NCBI GenBank assembly: GCA_963799485.1
Contig: CAWCXJ010000001.1
Span: forward strand, 64,001-128,000
Reading direction: 5' to 3'
DNA: 64,000 nt
Source of the DNA: an uncultured Trueperaceae bacterium
GTDB lineage: Bacteria; Deinococcota; Deinococci; Deinococcales; Trueperaceae
Positions 28,618 to 38,112 of this stretch are shown one piece after another. Under the pieces are notes generated by a model that worked only from the letters and a program-made list of their open reading frames with translations, was not told the DNA's origin and made no database searches. Numbering within the stretch: position 1 is the first letter of the stretch; each line of letters begins with the position of its first letter. The position numbers and the translations under genes are program-made.

Positions 28618-29934
28618 TTACGCGCCGACGGCGACCGGCTCCAAAACGGCGCGGATTGCGCGCTCGAGCTTTTCCAACCCTTCACTCAGCTCCGCGTCCG
28701 ACATGCGAATCGGGGGTAACAGCCGAATGACGTTGCTGTAGGTGCCGGTCGTCAAGAGCAGCAGACCGTCCGCGCGGGCGTGTTCCAACACCGCCTGCGC
28801 CGCTTCGGGGTTGGGCGTTTTGTCCGGGCCGCTGACGAATTCAATCCCGACCATTGCGCCGAGGCCGCGCACATCGCCGATTTTAGGCAGGTCTTTTTGC
28901 AGCGACTTGAGTTTGTCGGTTGCTGCTGCGCCGATTTCTTGCGCGCGTTCCAGCAAGCCTTCTTCTTCGATGACCTCTAAAGTTGCCAAAGCCGCCGCAC
29001 ACGAAACCGGGTTGCCGCCGAAGGTACTACCGAGCTGTCCCGGCGCAATTTTGTCCATCACTTCGGCTTTCCCGATCACGGCTGAAAGCGGAAACCCCGA
29101 CGAGAGCGCCTTCGCCGAGCAGATGAGGTCGGGCTCGAGGCCGTAATGGTCAACCACCCACCACGCCCCGGTGCGCCCGATCCCGGCCTGCACCTCGTCG
29201 TCGATCCAGAGCGCGCCGATTTCCTTGGCGTAGGCCTGCAGACCTTCCAGAAACGCTTTGGGAGCCGGAATAAAGCCCCCTTCACCGGCGACGGGTTCGA
29301 TCATAAAGGCGGCGACTTCACCTTCGCCGATGACGTACTTAACCTGCTCTTTAAGCTCAGTAAGCGCTCTTTCAGCGACTTCGGCTTCAGTCGTTGCGCC
29401 CCACGGGTTGCGGTAGAGGTATGGATACTGCGCCCGGTAGACCTCGGCAGCCCTCGGCGCAAACCCGGCTTTGTAGGGATTGGCTTTCGCCGTAAGCGAC
29501 AGCGCCATGTGGGTACGCCCGTGAAACGCGTGCGTAAACGCGACGATGCCCTGTCGCCCGGTGGCGACTCGAGCGATCTTTACGGCGTTTTCGACGGCTT
29601 CCGCACCCGAATTGATTAAGAACGTGCGCTTTTCCGAGCTGCCCGGTGCAATTTCGTTGAGTTTTTCGGCAAGCTGAATATACGTCTCGTTCATCCCGAC
29701 GGCAAAACAGAGGTGCTGAAACGCCTCGGCTTGTTTCTTGACAGCTTCAACGACTTTCGGGTGCGAGTGACCGACGTTCATGACGGCAATCCCCACCGTC
29801 CAGTCGAGATACTTGTTACCGTCGGCGTCCCAGATATACGCACCCTCACCCTTGACCGGATAAACCGGGTGGGTCGAATACGCGGCGGGGGTAACAGCCC
29901 TACGGCGGCGCTCGGCTAAGCTCTGGTTGCTCAT
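28618..29934 (-). CDS. gabT: 4-aminobutyrate aminotransferase (class III)
   Basis: NSGAEAVENAVK, AFHGRT, EPVAGEGGF, DEVQAGIGRTG, AKAL, STFGGNPV. Confidence 0.85.
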   Translation of the reverse strand: MSNQSLAERRRRAVTPAAYSTHPVYPVKGEGAYIWDADGNKYLDWTVGIAVMNVGHSHPKVVEAVKKQAEAFQHLCFAVGMNETYIQLAEKLNEIAPGSSEKRTFLINSGAEAVENAVKIARVATGRQGIVAFTHAFHGRTHMALSLTAKANPYKAGFAPRAAEVYRAQYPYLYRNPWGATTEAEVAERALTELKEQVKYVIGEGEVAAFMIEPVAGEGGFIPAPKAFLEGLQAYAKEIGALWIDDEVQAGIGRTGAWWVVDHYGLEPDLICSAKALSSGFPLSAVIGKAEVMDKIAPGQLGSTFGGNPVSCAAALATLEVIEEEGLLERAQEIGAAATDKLKSLQKDLPKIGDVRGLGAMVGIEFVSGPDKTPNPEAAQAVLEHARADGLLLLTTGTYSNVIRLLPPIRMSDAELSEGLEKLERAIRAVLEPVAVGA

Positions 29935-30155
29935 CTAAACCTCCCGTATCAAAAAACCTGTGAATGTTAAACACTTGATGCGCTACGCTTACGATTTCTA
30001 GGCTATCGCGTAAAAATACACAGCATTCTGTAGCTGGCGTATAGTTGAATGGTAGCACCTTTTGAAGACGGTGTGAACCCCTGCCGGACATAGCTTGGGG
30101 GTATTTTCCGCAGTTGTCTAGCTGATTTTCTGTGCGGGGCGGTAGACTGCCCGTT

Positions 30156-30827
30156 ATGAACTTACGCGCGCTTATCTTCGATATGGACGGTACCCTCATC
30201 GACACGGACAATCAGCACTTCGACGCCTACGTCAAGGTGCTAGATGATATCGGTATGCCTTTAGACCGCGAGGAGTACAATACCAGAATGGCGGGGCGGC
30301 CTAATATGGAAATCCTGCGCGACTATTTTCCGGACGCGGATGACGCGTATCGGCGCGACCTTATGAACCGTAAAGAGCGTGCCTTTAGAAATACCGCAGC
30401 GACCTGGGAACCTCTTTCCGGCCTTTCTGAGCTGATGGCGTGGGCCCACGAACAGGACTTGGCGCAGGCGCTGGTGACGAGCGCCCCACGTGAAAACGCG
30501 GCGTATCTCCTCGACGCCGTAAAGCTGACCGGCGCGTTCGAGCCTGAGGTTTACGCCGACGAATTGCCGCGCGGCAAACCCGACCCGCTCCCTTATACGA
30601 CGGCGTTAGAGCTTTTAGGCGTCTTACCCGAACAAGCTCTCGTCTTTGAAGACTCGGCGAGCGGGGTGAAGTCGGGGGCCGGCGCGGGTATTTTGACGGT
30701 CGGCTTGGCGACGACGCAGCGCCCGGAAGTGCTGAAGGCGGCGGGGGCGACGCTGGTTATTTACGACTTCACCGACCCGGCGCTTTGGGATTTATTGGGG
30801 GAGCTGCTCCCGGTCGCTGCGCGGTAG
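30156..30827 (+). CDS. HAD-family phosphatase
   Basis: FDMDGTL, VTS, KPDP, VFEDS; ATG 7 nt after TAGACT. Confidence 0.92.
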   Translation: MNLRALIFDMDGTLIDTDNQHFDAYVKVLDDIGMPLDREEYNTRMAGRPNMEILRDYFPDADDAYRRDLMNRKERAFRNTAATWEPLSGLSELMAWAHEQDLAQALVTSAPRENAAYLLDAVKLTGAFEPEVYADELPRGKPDPLPYTTALELLGVLPEQALVFEDSASGVKSGAGAGILTVGLATTQRPEVLKAAGATLVIYDFTDPALWDLLGELLPVAAR

Positions 30828-30836
30828 GCGTAAAGC

Positions 30837-31580
30837 GTGCGTGTGGCGGTCTCCTGGGACGATGAGGTGAAAGCTGAAGCTCAGGCACTCGCCAAACGGC
30901 TCGAGCTACCGCTCGCAGGCGAAATACAGGCGGACGCCCTTCTTTGTCTGACGCGTGAGCGGCTCGAGCTTCGCACTACCGGCCCGCACGCGCCGGGGCC
31001 GGTCTACGCCGATTTTACCGGGGGCCGCGCCGAGTATCGCCGTAAACACGGGGGTGGACGCGGGCAACTTCTGGCGCGGGCTGTTTTAGCTAAAGGCATT
31101 TCACCGACGGTCATCGACGCGACGGCGGGGCTTGGGCGCGACGCCTTCGTGCTGGCGTCACTCGGGGCGCGGGTAACGCTGCTCGAGCGCTCGCCTGTCG
31201 TCGGCGTTCTTTTAGAAGACGCCCTGCGCCGCGCGCGAACCTCTGAAGTTGCCGACATCGCCGCCCGGATGAAGCTTTATGTCGGCGACGCCGTAAACTA
31301 CTTGGCAGCGTTAAAGGAAACGGAACGCCCCGAGGTCATCTACCTCGACCCAATGTATCCACATACGAGTAAACGCGCCTTGCAAAAAAAAGAGATGCAG
31401 CTCTTTCGGCAACTCGTGGGCGCAGACGACGCCGCTGAACTACTAAACATCGCGCGGTGCACGGCTCTTAAACGTGTGGTAGTCAAACGTCCGGCTGGCG
31501 CACCGTTTTTAGGGGACATGCAACCTGATGGGCGGCTCGAGAGCAAAAACACCCGTTTCGATTTCTATCTCAGCCGCTGA
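30837..31580 (+). CDS. rsmJ: RsmJ-like SAM methyltransferase (16S m2G1516 type)
   Basis: DATAGLGRDAFVLASLG, YLDPMYP, KKEM, RVVVKRP, RFDFY. Confidence 0.85.
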   Translation: MRVAVSWDDEVKAEAQALAKRLELPLAGEIQADALLCLTRERLELRTTGPHAPGPVYADFTGGRAEYRRKHGGGRGQLLARAVLAKGISPTVIDATAGLGRDAFVLASLGARVTLLERSPVVGVLLEDALRRARTSEVADIAARMKLYVGDAVNYLAALKETERPEVIYLDPMYPHTSKRALQKKEMQLFRQLVGADDAAELLNIARCTALKRVVVKRPAGAPFLGDMQPDGRLESKNTRFDFYLSR

Positions 31581-31589
31581 CGAAAAGCT

Positions 31590-31619
31590 GTCAACTACCC
31601 ATGACTAACGTCACGAGTG
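31590..31619 (+). mobile_element. Degenerate IS200/IS605 (IscB/HEARO-type) end remnant, no transposase
   Basis: GTCAACTACCC followed by hairpin TGAC-TAAC-GTCA. Confidence 0.4.
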
Positions 31620-31641
31620 AAGGAGCCTAGCCCCACGAAAA

Positions 31642-31664
31642 AACCCGGATGAACTATCCGGGTT
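31642..31664. terminator. Intrinsic terminator between convergent genes
   Basis: AACCCGGAT/ATCCGGGTT with a flanking A-run (U-tract on minus strand). Confidence 0.7.
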
Positions 31665-31725
31665 CGGTTTTCAGTACCTGTCTAAAACGTACTGTCTAAA
31701 ACATACTCAGGTCGTGTACGTGCTG

Positions 31726-31971
31726 CTATCTGCGAACAGCTTTGACGATGGCCAACAGAATCACTGCCCCGATTACGGCGGTAATCAAACTGACAATCAA
31801 GTTGGCGTTCGGGTTGACGCCGAAAAGACCTACAACCCAACCGCCGATAAATGCGCCGATGATCCCTACAACGATGTCGATTAGAAGACCTTGCTCTGCG
31901 TTGGTCTTCATGATCATGCTGGCAATCCAGCCTGCCAGCGCGCCAATAATAAGCCATAAAATGAAACCCAT
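31726..31971 (-). CDS. GlsB/YeaQ/YmgE family (transglycosylase-associated) membrane protein
   Basis: WLIIGALAGWIAS, IVVGIIGAFIGG, AVIGAVILL. Confidence 0.93.
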   Translation of the reverse strand: MGFILWLIIGALAGWIASMIMKTNAEQGLLIDIVVGIIGAFIGGWVVGLFGVNPNANLIVSLITAVIGAVILLAIVKAVRR

Positions 31972-32064
31972 ACGTTCATTCCCCTTTCAAGACTCCTGTT
32001 GCTTACCTACGGTAAAATGAAACCGTTGATTCTATTGCGACAATGCACACAATCTCCCTGAACA

Positions 32065-32784
32065 TTAAGGTTTGGTGAGTTTGAACAGCGCTAGTGCGAC
32101 CGGCCCCCGGTACTCGGCACGCTCGAGCCCGAATCCCACCTTTTGCGCCCCCTGCTCGAGTTTTTCCGGGTCGATAAAACGGAGCCCCGACAGCTTGAGC
32201 ACGCCTTGTCCCAGCCTGCCGGGCAAGCTCTGCGCGTTTGTCAAGTACATCTGCCACATCCGCCCGCCCGGTTTGAGTACCCGCGCAAACTCCGAGAGCG
32301 TCCGGGATAAATCGGTAAACTCGTTGAGCGAGCCGCCGCAAACGAGCGCGTCGAACACGGCGTTGCGGTAGGGGAGACTTCGCACATCGGCCTGAACCAA
32401 TACGGGCGAAACGCCGTCACGTTCAGCGTACGCTTGAGCTTTTTTGAGAAACGCTTCGCTAAAGTCGAGCGCGTGAACCTCGAGCCCCGGTTGATGTTGC
32501 AAAAGCGTCCGGGCGTAAAGTCCGGCTGAGGTGGCCGCGTCCAAAATACGTTCACCCGGCCTCGGTTTAAGCTGTGCGAGCATCAGTTCCAACTCGCGCT
32601 TGGTACTAAAACTGCCCCGCGTCAAGAGCGACAACGACCGTTTTCGCCAGAGCGGTTCGTACATGGCGGCGGTCAGGGGCCAAAAGTTGCTGCTCTGCGC
32701 CAGCGGCACCCGCGGGCGTTTTTCTAAAGCCCGGTAGATGCCGCCCTTTTGCTCGAGCGGCCTTAGAAAGAGGGTGTCGGACAC
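32065..32784 (-). CDS. Class I SAM-dependent methyltransferase (UbiE-like)
   Basis: ILDAATSAG, ALDFS, QADVRSLPY, RVLKPGG. Confidence 0.85.
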   Translation of the reverse strand: MSDTLFLRPLEQKGGIYRALEKRPRVPLAQSSNFWPLTAAMYEPLWRKRSLSLLTRGSFSTKRELELMLAQLKPRPGERILDAATSAGLYARTLLQHQPGLEVHALDFSEAFLKKAQAYAERDGVSPVLVQADVRSLPYRNAVFDALVCGGSLNEFTDLSRTLSEFARVLKPGGRMWQMYLTNAQSLPGRLGQGVLKLSGLRFIDPEKLEQGAQKVGFGLERAEYRGPVALALFKLTKP

Positions 32785-32811
32785 GAGTTCAGTGTGGCAC
32801 GTTTACGGCGA

Positions 32812-33999
32812 CTAAAAAACGTCCTGCACCCAGCTGAGCTCACGTTCAATCGACGCGGTGAGGCCCAGTTTGAGCGCGTCGGGCAAGATGCTCCAGGTAT
32901 ACGTTTCGACTTCAAAGTGTTCAGTCAAGGGTTTTTGACGGTGTAGCTCGAGCGTCCTTAAAATCATCTTTTGCGTCGTGTTGAAAGCTGTCGTCTGCGC
33001 CAAAAAAACCGGCACGTGAAAGTGCACCCGCCAGCGCTCGGCGTCCGGCTGGGGCAACGCAGCAAGCGCGCCGGGCAGGTCGGGAAAACGGGTCAGGGTG
33101 CCGCCCTTGTTTTTTTGAATAACCTGATGGAGATAAACGGGTTCGTTAAACGGTTCCAGTGCCCGCTTTGTCACCTCGGCGTTGTGGGGGGACAGCTCGA
33201 GCGCCGAACTCAGCTGCACCTTGCCGATGAGGATGCCCAGCGCCGTAAAATCGCTTAAGATTTCCGCCGGGTCTTCATAAGCGAGCGCAACGTGACAGGT
33301 ATCGAAACAGACCTGAATGTGCCGTAAAAGCGTTTCTTTCGCCTTTTTTACGGTAATGTTCAACCGCTCTGCCAGCCTTTCAGCCCCATAAGTCAGCAAC
33401 CAAGTCTCAAAAAACCGGGTGAGTTCAGCCATGTTCTCTAACAGGCCGCCCTGTTCGGGCTCGAGGTCTAGGTGAATCATGACCCCCCGCTCGGCGTACA
33501 ATTTAGCTAGATATTCCGCGACGCGCACGACGTTTTCAGTCAGCTGCCGCCAGGTCGCCGCGTCGCTTTCGTCAATCCACGCTTTATATGACAGTGGGCT
33601 CGTCGAAATCCCACCGGTGACGCCTTCGGGTAACAGCACGGCTAAACTCTGCGCCAACCGGAGCGTGTAATTCACCCGCTCATCAGAACGCCAGTCGGGG
33701 GCGTGAACCTGCGCTTTGACCGGCTGGTTGTGAAACGGCCCGTGCGGAAAACCGTTCATCGTAAAGACGTAAAGGCCGTTTTCATCCAGCCAGCGTTTGA
33801 ACCCCGTAAGGGTGTCGCCCGCTAAAAGTTCACGGCTCTCGTCGCCTGAAAGCCGCAGCCCGATACCGAAAGGTGCATTCGGGGAGAGGGACGCTTTGAG
33901 GGGTAGTGCGTGTTGTTTTAGGCTCTCCCAGACTTCGGGGAAGCCCCTGGCCGGATGGATGTTGGTGCAGTAGGTGAGGTGGCTACGTCCTAGTTTCAT
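32812..33999 (-). CDS. eboE: EboE-family TIM-barrel protein
   Basis: HLTYCTNIHP, FGIGLRLS, TMNGFPHGPFH, ISTSPLSYK, LEPE, CFDTCH, GKVQLSSAL, WRVHFHVP, EVETYTW. Confidence 0.85.
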   Translation of the reverse strand: MKLGRSHLTYCTNIHPARGFPEVWESLKQHALPLKASLSPNAPFGIGLRLSGDESRELLAGDTLTGFKRWLDENGLYVFTMNGFPHGPFHNQPVKAQVHAPDWRSDERVNYTLRLAQSLAVLLPEGVTGGISTSPLSYKAWIDESDAATWRQLTENVVRVAEYLAKLYAERGVMIHLDLEPEQGGLLENMAELTRFFETWLLTYGAERLAERLNITVKKAKETLLRHIQVCFDTCHVALAYEDPAEILSDFTALGILIGKVQLSSALELSPHNAEVTKRALEPFNEPVYLHQVIQKNKGGTLTRFPDLPGALAALPQPDAERWRVHFHVPVFLAQTTAFNTTQKMILRTLELHRQKPLTEHFEVETYTWSILPDALKLGLTASIERELSWVQDVF

Positions 34000-34002
34000 A
34001 AA

Positions 34003-34221
34003 CTAGAGCGTAAACCCTAAAGCGGTACACCAGGCTATAAAAGCGAGATAAACCCAGACCAATCTCGGTATTTTCTGGTAGTTTGTACCGTTCATTTGAC
34101 GCATCTTTTGAACCGCCGAACTTGGATTTTTAACGACGCCCTTCGCTTCAGCTATCAGCAGGTTGACTAACAGATGAAAGAAAACCAAAGTCAGTGCCCA
34201 AAGAAATGTCTGCACCGTCAT
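34003..34221 (-). CDS. Small lower-GC hypothetical membrane protein (2 TM)
   Basis: 72-aa ORF, ATGA-coupled to the DUF433 gene, two hydrophobic segments. Confidence 0.5.
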   Translation of the reverse strand: MTVQTFLWALTLVFFHLLVNLLIAEAKGVVKNPSSAVQKMRQMNGTNYQKIPRLVWVYLAFIAWCTALGFTL

Positions 34222-34421
34222 AGCCCCCGTGCTGCAAAGTAAAGCGCTGCTCTGGTATCCTCGGTTTCCAAACCGGGCAGTTCTTCAGGTACCTGTTCCG
34301 GGCTGAGACCGGCAGCTAAAAGCCCCAACACATCCGATATGCGAATCCGCATCCCCCGAATGCGGGGACGCCCGCCGCACTGTTCCGGATTGATGGTGAT
34401 GCGAGTAAGCGCGTGAGCCAT
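34218..34421 (-). CDS. DUF433 family protein, possibly degenerate
   Basis: RITINPEQCGGRPRIRGMRIRISDVL.LLAAG...AAL.FAA. Confidence 0.8.
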   Translation of the reverse strand: MAHALTRITINPEQCGGRPRIRGMRIRISDVLGLLAAGLSPEQVPEELPGLETEDTRAALYFAARGL

Positions 34422-34429
34422 AGCCCGGT

Positions 34430-35297
34430 TTAGCGTCCGGCGGCGTGGCTCGAGAGCGGTTCGCCCGTTTGCGGTGTGAACTCCAGTTTCGGCACTGAAA
34501 GCTTAAACTTCGGCGACTGCCCCAAAAACTCTGCTGGGTTATGCAGGATAATCTTTTCAATAAGTTTTTCGCTGTGCCCCCGGCGGCGCATCTCCAAGAC
34601 GAACTCGGGCACCGCGACCGGGTCGGACTCGCCCCAATCGCACGCCGACGCGACGACGATGCGCTCACTGCCGTACATCTCGAGCATGTCAATCGCCCGG
34701 TTCGGTGACGCTTTGGTTTTCGGATAGAGGGTCATACCTGTCCAAAAGCCATTATCTAGAATCATTCCGACGGTGTGCTCTTCGGCGTGGTCAACCATCA
34801 CCCGTTCGGGACGGACGCGTGGGTCGGCGGCGAGCGTTTCGACAATCGTTTTGGTGCCTTTGTACTTATCCTCGAGGTGCGGCGTATGAATGTGAATCAG
34901 CTGGTTATGCTCCAGACGCCAGTTCCACGTGGTCTCTAAACGTCGCCAACTCGTTGCGCGTCACCCGGTTGAGCCCGATTTCACCGATACCTAAAACCGT
35001 CTCGCGACCTAAAAACTCGGGGATGATTTTCAAGACTTCTCTGGTGAGTTCCCGGTCTTCGCCCTCTTTGGGGTTCAAGCAGAGCCAACAGTAGTGCTTG
35101 ATACCGTACTCGGCGGCCCGTGCGGGTTCAAAGGTCGTCAAGTGCTCGAAATAGTCGGCGAACACGTCGGCGCTGCGGCGGTCGTAACCGGCCCAAAACG
35201 CGGGTTCGGTGACAGCCAGGCAACCCGTCAGGGCCATCTGCCGGTAGTCGTCGGTGGTGCGCGAAACCATGTGCGCGTGCATGTCGATGTAGGTCAC
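34430..35297 (-). pseudogene. TatD-family hydrolase (EboB-like) with a single +1 frameshift at about 34916
   Basis: [30 protein letters not shown]; removing one base restores [17 protein letters not shown]...MVDH...ACDWGESDP in one frame. Confidence 0.85.
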
Positions 35298-35608
35298 CCT
35301 TCGCCCCCTTGCCGGATAGGCGCGCCGTAAGCCCCTTGCTGGTCGCGTTCTTCTAACAGTGAGGTGTCTAAGTCGCTGAGGAGCAGTTGCACGCGTTCGG
35401 CGCGACCAAAATCGCCCGTGGAGAGTTCGCGCAGAGCTTTTTTAAGCCCGACGAAGCGAAACTCGTCTTCGGCGTTTTTGTCGGCTGACCTGTCCATCCG
35501 GTCTAAAAAGGCGGCAATCGCCAGAACCTGATTGCGGTGTTCCATAAAGTAGCGGTCGATCAGTTCTTTTTGCCCTAACGGGCAGCTGCTGCGAACGTCG
35601 GTGTCCAC
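35294..35608 (-). CDS. Small helical hypothetical protein within the ebo-like cluster
   Basis: 104-aa ORF with RBS AGGAG, overlapping both neighbours; [29 protein letters not shown]. Confidence 0.7.
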   Translation of the reverse strand: MDTDVRSSCPLGQKELIDRYFMEHRNQVLAIAAFLDRMDRSADKNAEDEFRFVGLKKALRELSTGDFGRAERVQLLLSDLDTSLLEERDQQGAYGAPIRQGGEG

Positions 35609-36792
35609 GGTTCCTCCTTTTGCTGTACTCGTTGTGACAGATAGTTTACGGCGTGCCGGACGAGCGTTTCATCGAGTTCGTGAACCTCCACGCCGCGCCC
35701 GACGCCTGCTAAAAGCATGATGGTGAGCTGCCCGCCTAAATGTTCGCGGAACTCACGGACGCCGTGAACGACTTCGGGGTTGGTAAGTTCCGGGACGAAG
35801 GTCTTAAGACCCAGCGTTGCAAAGACGTTTAAGATACGCTTCAGGTCGGTTTCTGAAAGCAAGCCCGACAGGTGCGCGTAGGTGCTGTCTAGCGCGATAC
35901 CGACGGCGACCGCTTCACCGTGCCGGAGTTGGTAAGCGGTGAGCGCCTCGAGCTTGTGCGCCGCCCAATGTCCAAAATCCAGGGGCCGCGACGAACCGAA
36001 CTCGAAGGGGTCGCCGCTCGTCGCAATATGCTCTAGGTGCAGCTCGGCGCAGCGGATGACGGCGTGCGCCATCGCCTCCCGGTCACGGTTTCGCAGATTT
36101 ACGGCGTTGGTCTCTAAAAAGCTGAAGAACGCGGCGTCTTTTAAGAGCGCGACTTTAATAGCTTCGGACAAACCGCCGACCCAGTCGCGCTGCGCCAGAG
36201 AGTCTAGAAAATTAAGGTCGTTGAGAACCGCAAAGGGCGGCGCAAACGTGCCTAAAAAGTTCTTTTTGCCAAAGGCGTTGACGCCGTTTTTAACCCCGAC
36301 TGCCGAGTCGTTTTGCGACAAGACGGTTGTGGGAACCCGCACGAGCCGCACGCCCCGGTGCGAGGTCGCGGCGGCGTATCCGACCATATCGAGGAGTGCG
36401 CCGCCGCCGACGGCGATAATAAACGAATGCCGGTCGATACCGTAGCGCTCGACCGCCTGTTGAATCAAGGTGACGTTTTCAGGCGTGTTCTTCGTCTCTT
36501 CGCCGCCTGCTATGACGAGGGGAGCGGTGACAAGCTCGAGCCCTTTATACCCGTCAAAATACGCGGAAATCCGCTCGAGTAGACCCGGCTGGTGTCGCGC
36601 GAAACCCTCATCTATTACGACCAGAAGCCGTTTGGGGCCAGCGCCGGGTTGAGCGTCTGCCAGGAGTGTTTCGGCGAGTAAAGGCTGCTCTGCGGTCAAA
36701 AGGTTGCGGGTAAAATGAACGGGAAACGCGTAATTCACCACGACCCGCTGACGAATCGTATGCATGGTGTATGGTACCGAGTGCGTAAGCAC
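35575..36792 (-). CDS. eboD: 3-dehydroquinate synthase-like sugar-phosphate cyclase (EboD-like)
   Basis: [71 protein letters not shown]. Confidence 0.8.
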   Translation of the reverse strand: MLTHSVPYTMHTIRQRVVVNYAFPVHFTRNLLTAEQPLLAETLLADAQPGAGPKRLLVVIDEGFARHQPGLLERISAYFDGYKGLELVTAPLVIAGGEETKNTPENVTLIQQAVERYGIDRHSFIIAVGGGALLDMVGYAAATSHRGVRLVRVPTTVLSQNDSAVGVKNGVNAFGKKNFLGTFAPPFAVLNDLNFLDSLAQRDWVGGLSEAIKVALLKDAAFFSFLETNAVNLRNRDREAMAHAVIRCAELHLEHIATSGDPFEFGSSRPLDFGHWAAHKLEALTAYQLRHGEAVAVGIALDSTYAHLSGLLSETDLKRILNVFATLGLKTFVPELTNPEVVHGVREFREHLGGQLTIMLLAGVGRGVEVHELDETLVRHAVNYLSQRVQQKEEPWTPTFAAAAR

Positions 36793-36858
36793 TACACCTT
36801 AGCCCGTATCACATGAACCGGACTGTGAAGATCTGCCGTAAAAGCTCGACGCGAAAAC

Positions 36859-38112
36859 TTAACGAAGTGCGCGCAAGAGGTGAACGCCGTTGTGCCCGAA
36901 CGACGCACGCATGAGCGGGAGCCGGACACTGTTGGGCGCATACTGGAACATCGCGGTCATCGTCCGGGCGACGCCGCCCGCACGGTGTGTACCGGACAGA
37001 TAGCCCTGCCAGAGTTCGGGTGAGAGCTTGAAAAATGCGCTGAAAAAACCCTGAAGCTGGGTGCTGTCGAGTGTTAAGAGAGCCTCGAGCCCGAAGAGAT
37101 AAAGCTCCCTTGCCTGTACCCGCCCTCTGGGCCAGAGTGTTTCCCACGCCGCTGCTGCTGCTTGTTCCGGTGAAGTGTTGGGTTGTCCCAAAGAGCTTGA
37201 AATCGCTCTAGCCAGTTCCGGTGCGCGCCGTAAAGTCGTCGCCATCAGGTAGCCCGACGCCGGATGCACCAGGCTCGCTGCCCCGCCGAAACCGACCGTG
37301 CGCTGGGTGAGGTCGGGTAGCGGCACATTCACCGGAAAGCGGCAGTTCTCTCGCTCCAAAACCTCAGTTGTTTGAATGCCCATATGCGCCAGGCGGCGCT
37401 CGAGCCTGCCCTTCAAAATGTCCACACTCAGACCGGGGCGATGTGCCAGTGAGGTTTCTTCAACAAAAAACAGCCCGTTCTCCATATCCATCGCATAGAG
37501 AAAAGTCGGGGTTACGCGTTCTTCGGGCCGTAAAAAGTCGTCTTGAAAATCCATCAGAAGCACCTGTCCCGGCTTTACGGGTGGCGCGGAAAATCGTCCC
37601 AAAACGCCGTAAGCGGTTTGAAAGGCTGGGTTGCCAGAAGGCCGTGAAACGAGTTTGGGAAAGTGACCGCTGCTGTCGATGACGAGGCGTGCGGAGTAGG
37701 TGTGAGCGCCTGTTTGGTTACTTATAACCGTGAGGCTCGAGCCCTCCTTGCCAGCTTCCACTTTTGCCGCAAAGCCTTGATGCCAGACGACGCCGGCTTT
37801 TTCGCCCCTTGCTAGAAAATACTCCCGCAACGCAGGGTTATTGAAGCGTCCGTAAGAACGGTTTAAGGCGACCTCTCCGCGACCGAAATTGCCTACGACG
37901 TCGTGCCAGACGTGCGCTAAAAAAGGCGCGTAGCCGAGCGGCGCGACTTCATCAACCCAGACGCCGTAAGTGTTGGGCCAGCCGGTGCTCGAGTCCATCA
38001 CGGCGTCAGGGGAGACGCCGACGACGCGGAGGCCGGTTTCACCCAGGTGCGCCGCTGCTGCTAAACCGGCTGGCCCTGAACCCACGATGAGTACATCGGC
38101 GTCGGGAGTCAA
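36859..38112 (-). CDS. crtL: Lycopene cyclase, CrtL type
   Basis: VGSGPAG, WPNTYGVWVDE, QTAYG, PTFLYAM, FVEETSL, GGAASLVHPASGY. Confidence 0.88.
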   Translation of the reverse strand: MTPDADVLIVGSGPAGLAAAAHLGETGLRVVGVSPDAVMDSSTGWPNTYGVWVDEVAPLGYAPFLAHVWHDVVGNFGRGEVALNRSYGRFNNPALREYFLARGEKAGVVWHQGFAAKVEAGKEGSSLTVISNQTGAHTYSARLVIDSSGHFPKLVSRPSGNPAFQTAYGVLGRFSAPPVKPGQVLLMDFQDDFLRPEERVTPTFLYAMDMENGLFFVEETSLAHRPGLSVDILKGRLERRLAHMGIQTTEVLERENCRFPVNVPLPDLTQRTVGFGGAASLVHPASGYLMATTLRRAPELARAISSSLGQPNTSPEQAAAAAWETLWPRGRVQARELYLFGLEALLTLDSTQLQGFFSAFFKLSPELWQGYLSGTHRAGGVARTMTAMFQYAPNSVRLPLMRASFGHNGVHLLRALR

